Origin: Sphyrna mokarran
Lineage: Eukaryota
Direction: 5' to 3'
Length of the DNA: 64,000 nucleotides
Assembly (NCBI GenBank): GCA_024679065.1
Contig: JAGIQG010000009.1
Span: forward strand, 53,506,001 to 53,570,000
Shown here: in pieces, positions 39,352 to 51,671 of the stretch
Numbering within the stretch: position 1 is the first letter of the stretch
How the letters are laid out: each line of letters starts with the position of its first letter
Notes under the pieces: model-generated
What the model was told of the DNA's origin: nothing
Database searches by the model: none
What the model saw: only the letters and a program-made list of their open reading frames with translations
Position numbers and translations under genes: made by a program

Positions 39352-39391
39352 ACTCACAAGCTTTCGACTCTATGGCCTTCGTCAGGCGAAT
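39352..39391 (-). ncRNA. Minimal type I hammerhead ribozyme motif (identical inverted copy)
   Basis: Exact reverse complement of 39924-39963. Confidence 0.75.
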
Positions 39392-39923
39392 GAGGTGTTC
39401 TGGTCTCCTAGCACACATACCAGCACTGACAGTTTACAGATTGCTAATAAGAATGTGAATCTTTACATCTAACCTGCTAGTCAAGTCTTAAAGTGGCTAA
39501 CAATGTGAGTGGAAGGAGCACTGAGCACAGGTTAAAGAGATGTGCATTGCCTCCAGACAGCACAGTAAGTGAGGTTTTTTGCTAACCCAGGCTAGTCATG
39601 GGGGTTACAGATAGTGTGACATGAAGCCAAGATCACTGTTAAGACCGTCCTCATGTGTGCAGAACTTGGCTATCAGTCTCTGCTTAGCGGCTCTGCGCTG
39701 TCGTGTGTCGTGAGCACTGAGCACTGTTCTTCAAGGGGGGCCTCACTTACTGTGCTGTCTGGAGATAATACACATCTCTTTAACTTGTGCTCAGTGCTCC
39801 TTCCACACACATTGTTAGCCACTTTAAGACTTGAATAGCAGGTTAGATGTAAAGATTCTCATTCTAATCAGCAATCTGTAAACTGTCAGTGCTGGTATGT
39901 GTGCTAGGAGACCAGAACACCTC

Positions 39924-39963
39924 ATTCGCCTGACGAAGGCCATAGAGTCGAAAGCTTGTGAGT
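39924..39963 (+). ncRNA. Minimal type I hammerhead ribozyme motif
   Basis: AUUCGC-CUGACGA-A-GGC(CAUAGA)GUC-GAAAGCUU-GUGAGU. Stem I is 6 bp with two GU pairs, stem II is 3 bp, and helix III is a palindromic AGCU. Confidence 0.75.
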
Positions 39964-40291
39964 TTACTATCAAATAAATCAGTTGGATTTAAACCTGGTG
40001 TTGTCAAACTTCTTACTGTGTTTACCCCAGTCCAATGCCGGCATTTCCACATCATAGCCAGCAAAGTCTACCGTTCACAAATTAATAATAAAAAACCCTT
40101 TGGGGCAAAGAATTTGAGAAGCAAAAGATTCACATTCTAATCAGTAATTTGTAAACAGTCTGTGTTGATATGTGTGCTGTTGGAGACCAGAACACCTCAT
40201 TCGCCTGACAAAGCCCATAGAGTCAAAAGCTTGCGAGTTTACTATCAAATAAATCGGTTAGATTTAAACCTGGTGTTGTCAGACTTCTTAC

Positions 40292-40690
40292 TTTGCTGGC
40301 TAGCCAGCATTTATTGTCGGTTGCTGGTTGTCCAAGGACAGCTGAGAGTCAACCACATTGCTGTGGCCTTGGAGTCACACGTAAGCCAGATCAGGTAAGG
40401 ATAGCAGATTTCCTACCCTAAAGGACATTAGTGAACTAGATGGGGTTTTCCCAACAATGGACATCAGTAGATTCTTAATTCCAGATACATTTAAAAAAAA
40501 TTTTATTGAATTTAAATTGTACCAGGTCTCCAGAACTTTAGCAGCTTTGATAAAGGGTCATCCGGACTCAAAATGTCAGCTCTTTTCTCTTCTTACAGAT
40601 ACTGCCAGCTTTTCCAGCATTTTCTCTTTTGGCCCCCAGAACGTTAGCTGAGTTGCTGGTGATATTACACTAGACCATCATTTTCCATAA
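40292..40690 (-). mobile_element. SINE family B (tail end displaced to about 39222-39260 by the PLE insertion)
   Basis: GCCAGCATTTATTG..GAGTCAACCACATTGCTGTGG..AAAGGACATTAGTGAAC. Confidence 0.75.
40543..40635 (+). mobile_element. Second-family PLE-like terminus with a decayed hammerhead, nested in SINE B
   Basis: TSD CCAGAAC(T/G)TTAGC (40530-40542, 40636-40648). TTGATAA-A-GGGTC(ATCCG)GACTC-AAAA is a mutated core with an intact stem II. Related pieces at about 30750-30810 and 37205-37380. Confidence 0.55.
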
Positions 40691-41598
40691 ATAAAGTAAT
40701 TTAATTTGTGGTTTTGAGAGGCAGAATATTCATGAAGACATTTGAAGAGGGTATTCAATGGTGCAAGAAATATGCTGGTTAAAAATGAGATGAGTTAACC
40801 CAGCATGTAATTGCTTAAACATCAACAACATGTATTTACATAGCAGCATTCACATAATTAGTTGAAACTGAACCACATAATTCAGAAAGATGGTCAAAAA
40901 TGTTGGCAATAAGAAACGTCTTAAAGGAAGAAAAAAAATTGGAGAGGTGTAGAGAGGGAATTCCAGAGTCTAGAGTCTAGGCAGCAGAATGCAGGGTCGC
41001 TAAAGATTAAGCAATTAGAACTGGGTTGCTTTGAGAGTCCAAGATTAATTGAGTGTATTAAATCTAGATATTTTGGAGGTTTGTGGGACTGGAAGACATT
41101 GAGAGGAGGGCATAATCAGAGAATTTTAAAATCCAAGTGTTGCCTAACCAGGAGCCAATGTAAAGTAGCAAGGGCAGGAAAAAGATGTGTATTATTTGAT
41201 ATAAGTAAGAACATGCAAGCAGGATTTTAAATGACTTCAAATTTATGGAAGGAAGAATGTGGATGGATGGTTAGGAGCTGCATTGAAATAGTCAAGTCCA
41301 GTGATAACAAAGCAAGAGATGTGAGTTTCAGCAGCAGATAAGTTGAGGTCATGGGAATAGACAGATTTAGCACAGCTGGGAATACACAACCCAAAGCTGA
41401 TCCCAATGACAGATATAGGAGCTAGGTTGCAACAAACTGTTTCACACTGTTGCCAGGGAGAATGATGAAATCAGGAATAAGTCTGTAGTGGGCACTGAAG
41501 ACAACAGCAATAAAGCTATTGTGCCAAATATATGTGTGGAACGACTATGGCGTATCCCTCATTTACTTTAAAATATACACAACTGAACATAATGAAAA

Positions 41599-41913
41599 TC
41601 ATTGAATCCTACAATGCAGAGGAGACCATTTGGCCCATCGAGTCTGCACTGACCACAATCCCACATAGGCCCTATCCCCGTGACCCCATACATTTACCCC
41701 AGCTAACCTCCCGACTCTAAGGTGCAATTTAGCACGGCCAATCCACCTAACCTGACTGTCTTTGGAGTGTGGGAGAAACCAGAAAACCCGGAAGAAAGCC
41801 ATGCAGTCATGAGGTTAATATGCAAACTCCACACAGATACTGACCCAAGCCAGGAATTGAACCGGGGTCCCTGCTGCTGTGAGGCAGCAATGCTAACCAT
41901 TGTGCCACCATGC
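41599..41913 (-). mobile_element. HE1-like V-SINE
   Basis: Near full-length reverse copy with CR1-type tail. Confidence 0.88.
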
Positions 41914-42034
41914 CAAAAATGGCAGCTTCTTTAAATTTTACTTTGCAATAAAGACATTTACAAGTAAAGCTACTGCTTACAAAATAATAGGAATGGTATG
42001 TCATCAACATCTGTGCATATCTTCAGAGACTCTT

Positions 42035-42152
42035 ACCTGTACGGGTGTAATGCAACTTCTCACAATCAATAATTAATTTGCTTTGCTGATCCTTTCAATG
42101 ATGTGTTGCAAATCTCTGCCAATAAATAAATGTAAGAAGCCAAATATTTATT
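42035..42152 (-). promoter_or_regulatory. Candidate non-coding first exon and core promoter of PDC
   Basis: Consensus donor CAG|GTAAGAGT (GT at 42036-42035) in a non-repeat island, with a TATA-like AATAAATATTT about 105-115 nt upstream. Mammalian PDC has a non-coding exon 1. No transcript evidence available. Confidence 0.2.
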
Positions 42153-42283
42153 GAGTGCCACAACTAATTTTTCAACCAAACAAAATTAAAGTCAATCCTA
42201 TCAGTAACAATTTACTTTTTCTGGTCAGTAACCTCATTTTCATCATTATTAACTTAGACGTTAATATCTCAGTTTGAGAGAGT

Positions 42284-42419
42284 GGCTGGAATTCTCTGAC
42301 CTCACCCATGGCTGATATTCTCCGATCCCACTGCAGTGACTGGAGATTTACCTGATCGCCAAATTGTCTGTTCTCACTGGCAGCAATGGTGGGGCATAAG
42401 ACATCGGAGAATCCCACCC
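42284..42419. mobile_element. Harbinger-type MITE
   Basis: Imperfect TIR GGCTGGAATTCTC...GAGAATCCCACCC. Confidence 0.55.
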
Positions 42420-43351
42420 TTTGCAGCATTGGAGAATCTCCTTAAATTGACTTGGATTTTCACTTGATAATCACTTTTTAAAAAATATCTAAGTATTGCA
42501 ACTTTAATTTGATATTTCTGGATAATACAAAATTCACTTAAAATGATCAATCGAAATAACAAGATAAATCTGGACTCTATCATAACGTTGTACATTCTAG
42601 AAGCACAGTGAAGGATGAAGGAGTTTAGTAAAATAATGGATTGAATAAATGGCTTTAAGCCCAAACCTGTTTGAAGAAAGTTGTTACGTTTCATGGGGAT
42701 TGTTGTTAATGTAAGCTCGCTAGGCTGAATGACCTCATTCTGTGCTGTAGGGATTCTATGATTCAATTCTCCTATGACTCATGATGAGCCCAAGTTGTAG
42801 TTAAGAAAAATTTAAAGTCTTCTTCAACAATGCTTTAATTATTTAAAGCAAATTTTCACAACACAGTGCAGCAATTACCTTAATGACCATAAGAAATACA
42901 TCTTGTAAAATCATTGCTTAATTGTTTTCTTCTGCTTTATAATCATGTAGAAAATAGCAAATGTAGCTCCTTAAATTGTTGATGTTGGTATAGATTCTGG
43001 ATTCCCTCATCAGTGAATGATGATATCTAGTTATTAGTTTTGTTGGTCTGTGGAGAAGGGCATTAAGGTCCATTACATTCTGTTCTTTCTGGCTATGCTT
43101 TGAAAGCTTATAATGAGTTGTACCAGCCTGCCCTTTTTTTCTTGTTCCCAACCATATGCAAGTTTAATATCATTGCTAAGGCTTCTTTTGCTCTGTTAAC
43201 AATTAATGTGGTATTTCAATAATTATTGACCATGCTGAAGTTTAATCCTCCTTCACAGTCAAAATGCCACATATTTACACATGTTTCATTGCTGTGTATG
43301 GAACTGGGCCACTGTTCTAGTTTAGTTTAGTTTGATGCAATGTATCGAAGA

Positions 43352-43906
43352 ATCATCAAACCCTACAGTACATAAGGAAGCCATTCAGCCCATTGAGACT
43401 ACACCAACAACAATTCCACCCAGCCCCTATCCCCATCACTTCACATATTTACCTGCATGGAGGTAAAATTTAGCATGGCCAATCAAGATAACCCTCACAT
43501 TTTTGGACTGTAGGAGGAAAGCACAACACTTGGAGGAAACAACCGTAGACATGGGGTGAACGTACAAATTCCACGCAGTCACCCAAACCAGAACTGAATC
43601 CGAGTCCCTGGCACTATTGGGCCATGATGTGTAGAGGTTGGCATCAGTCTGGGATAAGCACAGTAAAAAGTCTCACGAACCAAGTTAAAGTCCAGCAAGT
43701 TTGTTTGGCAGCACAAACTTTCAGAATATCGCTCCTTCTTCAGGTGAGTGAAGAGTTGTGTTCACAAATAGGGCATATATAGACACGAACTCAATTTATA
43801 AGATAATAGTTGGAATGCGAGTCTTTACAGGTAATCAAATCTTAAAGGTACAAACAGTGTGAGTGGAGACAGGGTTAAATATAATGCTAACCACTGTGCC
43901 ACCATG
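43352..43906 (-). mobile_element. V-SINE interrupted by a PLE terminus (about 43624-43880)
   Basis: SINE body to about 43615, head resuming at 43883 (ATGCTAACCACTGTGCCACCATG). The insert starts ATGATGTG and has a decayed hammerhead on the minus strand. Confidence 0.75.
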
Positions 43907-43956
43907 GGGTAGAGACAGTGCACTGTAAATGTGTCAATTCTGTTAATGGATAGAAT

Positions 43957-44148
43957 GATGTGGAGATGTCGGCGTTGACTTGGGTAAGCACAGTAAGAAG
44001 CCTCACAACACGAGGTTAGAGTTCAACAGGTTTGTGTAGCAACACAAGCTGTCACAGAGACTCACTCCTCATCTGAAGGAGCGAGTTTCCAAAAGCTTGT
44101 TGCCAAATAAACCTGTTGGAATTTAACCTGGTGTTGTGAGACTTCTTG
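43957..44148. mobile_element. Palindromic PLE insertion
   Basis: Inverted termini. TSD TAATGG(A/G)TAGAAT at 43944-43956 and 44149-44161. Confidence 0.75.
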
Positions 44149-44159
44149 TAATGGGTAGA

Positions 44160-45960
44160 ATAACAGAAAGCAAATAAAGAATGGAGGAAAGGGTGGACAG
44201 GACATTCGAAAAAGAATTTGATGCAGGACAGAACCAGTTTATATCCTGAGGGGGAAAAATCTCTGCTTTTCACAGCAAAAATATAGCCATGGACACATCA
44301 AACTTAAAGAAAAAGGTATATGGATTAGAAAATTAGAGAATGAGAGAAGTGCAAGGAGCAGTAAGTTGGGTGGCTCAAACAGTAATAAAAGTGGCGAAAT
44401 GTTAGAATGAAAAGAAACTTGCAAGGGACATCAAAAGCAGCATTTTTTTTTCATGTACCGAAATGGATGGTTGCCAGGAGCAACATGAGTCCCAGGAAGA
44501 CTGCTTATATTGACATTATGTGGGGATGCCAGCATTGGACTGGGGTAAACACAGTAAGAAGCCTCAGAACACCAGGTTAAAGTCCAACAAGTTTATTTGA
44601 TAATGGGTTTACTAGTAAATAAACTTGTTGGACTTTAACCTGGTGTTGTGAGACTTCTTACTATGTTAACATTGTCAGTGCAAATAAGGAAATGATGTAC
44701 ATGTGGAATAATTATTTTACACCAGTAATTACAGTGGGGGAAGAAAATAGCAAGATATACATCCTGAAGAAACTAATAATGAACTGGAGGTACAGTTTGC
44801 CAACATTCAAGCAGGAAAAATATCAGTAATTAAAAATAATAGTACAGCAAAGTGATAAAATTGCCTGTCCAAATAGTTTCCACTGGGCTTTAGAAAGACT
44901 TAGGGCCAAACAGAGACTTAGGATAAATGAGTTTTTCAGATTGGCAATCTGTAATTAGTGGAGTACAACACGGATCAGCGCTCGGGCCTCAACTATTTAC
45001 AATATATATTGGATGAAGGCACTGAAGTAAGTTAAGTAAGTTTATTTAAGTTAATTGTTGGTCACAGGTAGGCTTACATTCACACTGCGATGACTGTGAA
45101 AATTCCCTATGGGACTGTATAGTTGCTAAGTTTGCCGATGACACCAAGATAGATAGGAAAGTTAGTTACCAAATAGAGGTACAAAGTTTGCAAGTGGATA
45201 TAGCAGACTATGTGAATGGGCAAAAATTTGGCAGATGGACTATAAATGTGAACTTGTCCAATTGGCAGGAAGAATAGAAAAGCAATAAATAAGTAATATG
45301 GAAAGCATTGCAATACATGGTAGTACAAAGGAGTCTGGATGTCCTAGTATATGAATCAAAAAAAGTCATTATGCAGGCACAGCAAGTGATTAGGATGGCA
45401 ATTAGAATATTGGTATTTCTTGCAAGGGGAATGGGATATTAATGTAAAGATGTTTTACTGCAACTGTGGGATTTTGTCAGGCCACTTCTGGATTACTGAG
45501 TATAGTTTTGGTCTATTTATTTGAAAAAAATATAATTGCATCAGAAGCAGTTCATAAAACGTTCATTTGATTTATTCTTGAGCTGAGAGTCTTAGCTTGG
45601 GAAAGAAAGTTAGGGCAGGATTGACCTATATCAATTGGAGGTTGAAAGGATTGAAACTAATCAGATCCTTAAGAGATTTGATAGGATAGTTACTCGAAGG
45701 ATCCACTTGTGTGGAAATATAGAACTAGGGGAAATAGTTTAAGAATAAGAAGATTTAAATGAGTAAGTTTATTTCATCCAAAGGATCATTAATATGCAGA
45801 ATTCTCTCCCCAAAAAGCAATGAAGGCTGGATCATTGGTCAAATGGAATTAGACAATTTTTTGATAAGTAAGGAAGACGGGAAAGTGAAATTGACATCAC
45901 AACCAGATCAGTCATGATCTTATTGAATGGCAGAACAGGCTCAATGGGCTAATTTTCCCA
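44160..45960 (+). mobile_element. Degraded CR1 LINE (RT to 3' end) with insertions
   Basis: SGVQHGSALGPQLFTIYI-like at about 44955, KFADDTK at about 45128, and a CR1 3' UTR. Confidence 0.75.
44517..44663. mobile_element. Short palindromic PLE insertion lacking the hammerhead
   Basis: CACCAGGTTAAAGTCCAACAAGTTTATTT...AAATAAACTTGTTGGACTTTAACCTGGTG. Approximate TSD ATATTGACATT / ATGTTAACATT. Confidence 0.7.
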
Positions 45961-46677
45961 CAACATTTGCAAATGCTGGAACCGTAATCTTCTAAAGTTT
46001 TCTTGATTTGGAACTTGTTAGATGGAAAAACACATTGACTTCACTGTTTGTGAAAGGGAGTTTGGTTGAAAATCAGCCATAATCTCACTGAGTGCCAGGA
46101 CAAGCTTGAGGGGTTAAGTGGCCTTTTTCTGTTCTTATGTTCCAATGTTTAAGTATGCAAACAGCACCACACAGGGGAAAGACCAGATACACACCTGGAC
46201 CCTTCCAATGCTTGTCTGTAATTATATGTAAGAATAGCCCAAGCTGTTCAGGTGACGGGTTGCCTGAATTCTGTCTTTGGGCCCTCTGAAAATTGGACTT
46301 GGCTCATTGTCTGGAATGACTGACTGCATCTTAGTGTTATTCAAATCTTGATTTGACACATTGGCAGCACTATGGTCTGAATGCAATTACACAAGGCATC
46401 AGACTTTGCCTAACCCATTCCATGATCAAAGCTTCCAACATCTGGACCTACTGGATTTCAATCTTGGCATGAATTATGATATGCAACTGCCAGCTAAGTG
46501 ACATTTTCCAATGTAGCACAGAAATATGGCAACAGGTTTGGAGAACCCAGCAACTAACTAGATCTGGATCTAAATTCACCAGGTTTGGAACTACAACCTA
46601 GTTGACTCTCATAACCTGGTGAAGAAGAATCTGATTTTGGGTTAACGAGTACCAAAGTATCGCAGTGTTAACATCTG

Positions 46678-46963
46678 GATGGCAAAGTGGTGAGCATTGC
46701 TGCTTCACAGCACCAGAGACAAAGGGTCCATTTTGGCATTGGAAGACTATCTGTGTAGAGTTTGCACGTTTTCCCCATATCTGTGTGGGTTTCCTCCGGG
46801 TGCTCCAGTTTCCTCTCACAATGCAAAGGTGTGTAGATTAGGTGGATTATTCATAATAAATGCACAAAGTTGCAAGGATAGAGCAGGGTGGTGGACCTGG
46901 ACAAGGATCAGTGCAGACTCAATGGGGAAAACAACCTTGTTCTGCACTGTACGGTTTCTATGA
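46678..46963 (+). mobile_element. HE1-like V-SINE
   Basis: Head, V-domain and TTCTGCACTGTACGGTTTCTATGA tail. Confidence 0.85.
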
Positions 46964-47559
46964 AGAATGCAACAACAGCCTATCTCAGTGATGTCTGGAT
47001 TGTGATAAAAGTGAGTATAAACCTTCATGATTATATTTTTAAATAACTGAAAATGAATGGTAACTGAGAATCTTTTGCTTCTTTTTCCTTTGGGAATTGA
47101 TGGAGAATCAGTATAAATCTAGAGAGTAGATTTAGTTCAAAAAGTGAAATAACCAACAACAACTCCATGGAGATCTAATATACACAATCAATCCCAAAAT
47201 TATTCAAATGTTTAAAAGCGTTGCCTGGCACAGAGGAAGAATGGAACCTTGAAGCAAGCAACTCAGAGTTAATAAAAATGTGATGGTTCTTATACAACTC
47301 TACATTAAACAGCTAATGTTATTGAACTTTTAGTGGAACAGAGTGTCCTGTCATGGTAAACTGGAAAGAGTAGTTAACAAGCTATAAAGGAAGAGTTTGC
47401 CTTTATATAGTACATGCAATATCCTTGATGTTCCAAAATATTTCGCAGACAATGAAACTATTGTAATGTCAGGAGGTGCAGCAGCCAATATGAGCACATC
47501 AAGTTCCTACAAACAACAGTCGGATTAATGACCATATCATCTCTTTTTACTATAGATTA

Positions 47560-47992
47560 CAAGAATCCCTACGGTGCAGAAGAGGCCATTCGGCCCATCA
47601 ACTCTACACCGACTCTCTGACACAGCATCTTATCCAGGCTCTCTTTCCCGTCCTATCGCTGTAATCCCACACATTTACCAGGGCTAATCCCATCTAACCC
47701 ACACATCTCAAGATATTAAAGCTAATTTAAGTATGTCCAGTTTACCTAATCTGCACATCTTTGGACTTTGGAAGGAAACCAGAATACCTAGAGGAAACCC
47801 ACAGGGACTAATGTGCAAACTCGATGCAATTTAGCATGGCCAATCCATCTAACCCATACATCTTTGGACTGTGGGAGGAAACCTGAGCACCTGGAGGAAA
47901 ACCATGCAGACATGGGGAGAATATACAAACTCCACACAGCTGGGAATTGAATCCTGGCACTGTGAGGCAGCAGTGCTAACCACTGTGCCAAT
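47560..47992 (-). mobile_element. V-SINE, compound or internally duplicated
   Basis: The CACATCTTTGGACT..GGAAACC segment occurs twice (about 47755 and 47858). Confidence 0.75.
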
Positions 47993-48452
47993 ATGTAACA
48001 TTATTGAAAACATTGACAAGATTCTTCTAAACTTATGGAAAATAGATAGCAATGCAGTAGAAGAAAGGTGTTTTTAATTCATTTCCTCTTGCTTTCCCTC
48101 ACAATTTTTACACCCATTTCCACTGTACAAACAGAAAATATCTTCACACACATCAGGTCTTCTAATACTTCACCCAGATTTCCAAATAGTGCTTTTAATT
48201 TGTGAGCTGAATTATCACCAAATCTATCTTGCAATATGATGCAAACCTCTACCAGTTGCAAAATGCTTGTGCCCAGTTAAATTTATATAAATTCTGTTTT
48301 GAACATTTTGAACTTTTAAGTATCCTTTAGGCTTATAAAGGCCATTGTGTAATTTGAGATGTAAGTTATCGTTTATTTTATTGGACACTATAGAACAGCT
48401 ATCAGTTCAATTGCTCTTACTATAAAATGCAATGCTGTTTAAAAAAAAATAC

Positions 48453-48560
48453 CATGAGGTGGAGATGCAGGTTAGTGACCTGATGATGGAGCAATGCTCC
48501 GAAAACTCGGGATTCCGAATAAACCTGTTGGATTTTAACCTCGTATTGTGAGACTTCCTA
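48453..48560 (+). mobile_element. PLE terminus with hammerhead core
   Basis: CTGATGA (48480-48486), stem II GGAGC-AAT-GCTCC, GAAA (48501-48504), followed by AATAAACCTGTTGGA. Stem I is degenerate. Confidence 0.7.
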
Positions 48561-49157
48561 TTAAAAGAAAACACATCTCGATATGAGGGAAAAATGATAA
48601 GAAAAATGATAAAATCTTAAGATTTGTAATATTAGATTTTTTAAGGTAAGGAATGATGATTAAAAATTATTTGAGCTTCCACAGTCATTTATGTATTCAA
48701 CAAAAGGCCAACGTCACATATGAATACTATTCCCCAATCCTGAGTTAAAAGTGATTGTAGGATTATGGAGAGGACCTCACAATAGCTGGGTAAATAATCA
48801 CAGTAATAAACCTTTTTACCTTTAGAAAATTGGGCAGATTTTGTCCATGATTTGCAAACAACTGTGATTTATAAAGAAAAATAAACAGAATCCTAAAGAC
48901 ATAATAAGTGGCTGATGCTGTTCTGGACTTCTAAATCTAGCAACTTAAAACAGATAAAAATGAGGTGTTATTGTCAACACTAAACCCATTTGCATTTTTA
49001 CTGAGTGAGATAATTAGCCATATTTACTTCTTCAACAGCTCAATGCTTAACTTATGGCATAGACCTAATGTAATGAAAATAGTTGGGATATGACCTATTT
49101 CCCACTTGCAACTGCAACCAGATCTTACTCTGATTTAAGAAATAAAATTATGTGCGG

Positions 49158-49442
49158 AGTGGCATGGTGGCACAGTGGTTAGCACTGCTGCTTCCCAGCA
49201 CCAGGGACCGGGGTTCGATTCCTGGCTTAGGTCACTATCTGTGCAGAGTCTGCAGGTTCTTCCCTTGTCTGTGTGGATTTCTTCCAGGTGCTCCTGTTTT
49301 CTCCCAAACTCTGAAAGATGTGCTGGTGAGGCACATTGGCCATGCTAAATTCTCCCTCAGTGTTCCCAAACTGAGTGTTGCGATGCGAGATTTTCATTGC
49401 GGTGTTTATGTAAACCTACTTGCGGCATGAATAAATAAAATT
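49158..49442 (+). mobile_element. V-SINE, alternative-tail subfamily
   Basis: GGCATGGTGGCACAGTGGTTAGCAC..GGGTTCGATTCC A/B boxes and V-domain. Confidence 0.88.
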
Positions 49443-50169
49443 TAAAACTGTTCTCCTCAGACTGCAGAGATAACAGCTTGGAATACAGATTGCTGATGAA
49501 CGATATGGTGAATTGAAAGAGGCCTACCTGTTCTGTACAGCTTCAACGTTCCAGATAATGATTTAGGTAGTGTCCTTGAAGGTAGCAGACAATAATTCAT
49601 GAGCAAGATAGATGCCCAGGCTGGATTGCTCTAGGGTTTGAACAAGATGAAGTGTCCAGAAATAGCTGAAGGATAAGAGGATTGAGTTGAAAGTATTAAG
49701 AACCTTTTCTCATTAACGTGCTCCAATCAGATACAGTGGCACAGTGGCTTGCATTTCAGCTTTGGGATATAAGAAACTAAACTGAATTGAAGTGATGATG
49801 GTGGAATACAACAAACTAATTCATTTAACATTGTGAAAATACTGGGGGAGGGAAATGTATTCACTAGATCACAAGAATTGGAGAAAGATGCTTGTTAGGG
49901 GCATTTTTAAAAATTCATTCAAAATCATACAATTTAGGAACAGGAGTAGATCACTCAGCCCCTTGAACATGCTTTACCATTCAATAAAATCATGGCTAAC
50001 CTGACTATAAACTCCTACCAACTCCAGTTACCTGTCACTCTTGTTTAGTTAGAATCTACCTCCGTCTGTCTTGGATATATTCAAAGACTGTTTTCTCTGC
50101 CTTTTGAGGAAGGGAAGACGCATGATCCTTAGAGGAAAAATAAATCTCTATCTTAAATGAGCGACCCAT

Positions 50170-50895
50170 TCATCGGATGTGGATTTTACTGGGGCTCGTA
50201 TTTACTGCCCACCCATAATTGTCCCTAAGAAGACAAGAAGTTTAAGCTGCTACAGGAGTGAAGATATACCCACCGTCCTTTTTGGGTAGGAATTCCAGAA
50301 TTTTGGACCTATATATCTCTCTCTCTCTCCCTTTATATACATATATATTTCCAAGTCAGGATGGTGTATAATGCAGGAAGAAACTTATTGGTGATCATGT
50401 TCTCATATGCCTTTTGAGTCTGAGTGACTATGGGTGTGAGAGGTTGTGCTGAAGAAGATCAGGCAAGTTACTTCAGTTCATCAGATAAATGGTATGAACT
50501 GTTATCACGTGGCGCAATTGTGGATAGAGTGAATGTTTAATGTGGTGAATGGGGTACTAGTCAAGCAGGCTGCTTTGTCCTGGACAATGTTGAACTTCAA
50601 TGTTGTTGGATCTGCATCCAGGCAAGTGTACAGTATTCCATCATACTCCTGATTTATGCCTTGTAGATGGTGGGTAGGATTTGGGGAGACAGGTCATGAG
50701 TTACCAGCCTCTTACCATTCCCAGCCTCTGAACTGCTCTGGTAGCCACAGGATTCATATGGCTGGTTCAGTTCAGTTTCTGCCCAATGGTAAGCTCCAGA
50801 ATGTTGATAATGGGAGGATTGATGATGGCAATGCCATTGAGTGTCTGGGGAAGATAGTTAGACCCTCTCTTCTTGGAGATGGTCATTGTTTGTCT
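50170..50895 (-). mobile_element. Fragments of the same LINE family as 60951-63091
   Basis: CAGTATTCCATCATACTCCTGATTTATGCCTTGTAGATGG is the reverse complement of the 62.4 kb segment. 3'-end-like sequence near 50200. Confidence 0.65.
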
Positions 50896-51671
50896 TCCAT
50901 TATTATTCACCATCTTGCCTTTCTTTAGACAATAAGACCTTAAGATATTAGAGCAAATTTAGGCCACTTGGCCCATCAAATCTGCCCCACTATTCAATCA
51001 TGGCTAATATGATTCTCATCCCATTCTCCTGTCTTTTCTCAATAACCCCTGATCCCCTTATTAATCAAGAACCTATTTCTGTCTTAAAGACACTCAATGA
51101 CCTGACCTCTACAGCCTTCTGCAGCAATAATAAATAATTTACTAACATTGAGCTATTTCATAATTGAATGCAGGGTCTTGGCCTCAATCTCCCTTTTTGG
51201 AAACTATTCCAACTCTAGTTATCACTTGTAAAGAAATAATTCTCAAATTCTGTCTTAAATTCTTACATGTCTGAACTTGCATCCTCTTATCATACTATCA
51301 TTGCACACAATTCCATGGTTTAGCTTGGGCCCATAGATTTACTTGGCAATAATACTAAATACCAGTTATTTTCCTGGTGTTAGATTCCCACATATAGAAT
51401 CGTGAGGAGACCTGTTTATAACAGGTAATATCAAAACTGATTGATTTATCTCAATTCCTGAGCTCAGGGCTTTGTGCAATGTTCTCTTGCACTTCTTTTT
51501 GCTGTGTGCGATTGGATATTATACTGCGTGGATGTTTGAAGATTGTTCATCTTTGAACATCCCTGCATATTAAAAGCAACATTAATTGTGTGGCCTCTTT
51601 GTTCCTTGTGCAGTAAATGCGATATTGCTGCACGGCCATGCATCTGAGCAGTAGGTTGCTCTTGTACAATT

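Larger units (their letters stand above)
39261..40290. mobile_element. 5'-truncated Penelope-like element with inverted and tandem pseudo-LTRs
   Basis: 12-bp TSD CTTTGCTGGCTA (39250-39261, 40291-40302). Minus strand 39712-39605 encodes HDTRQRRAAKQRLIAKFCTHEDGLNSDLGFMSHYL*, resembling a PLE GIY-YIG endonuclease C-terminus. Three terminal-repeat copies. Confidence 0.85.

Noticed and set aside
49158-49230. tRNA-like A/B boxes as tRNA genes (here and in the other SINE heads)
   Set aside because: They run directly into the SINE V-domain and do not form complete cloverleafs.
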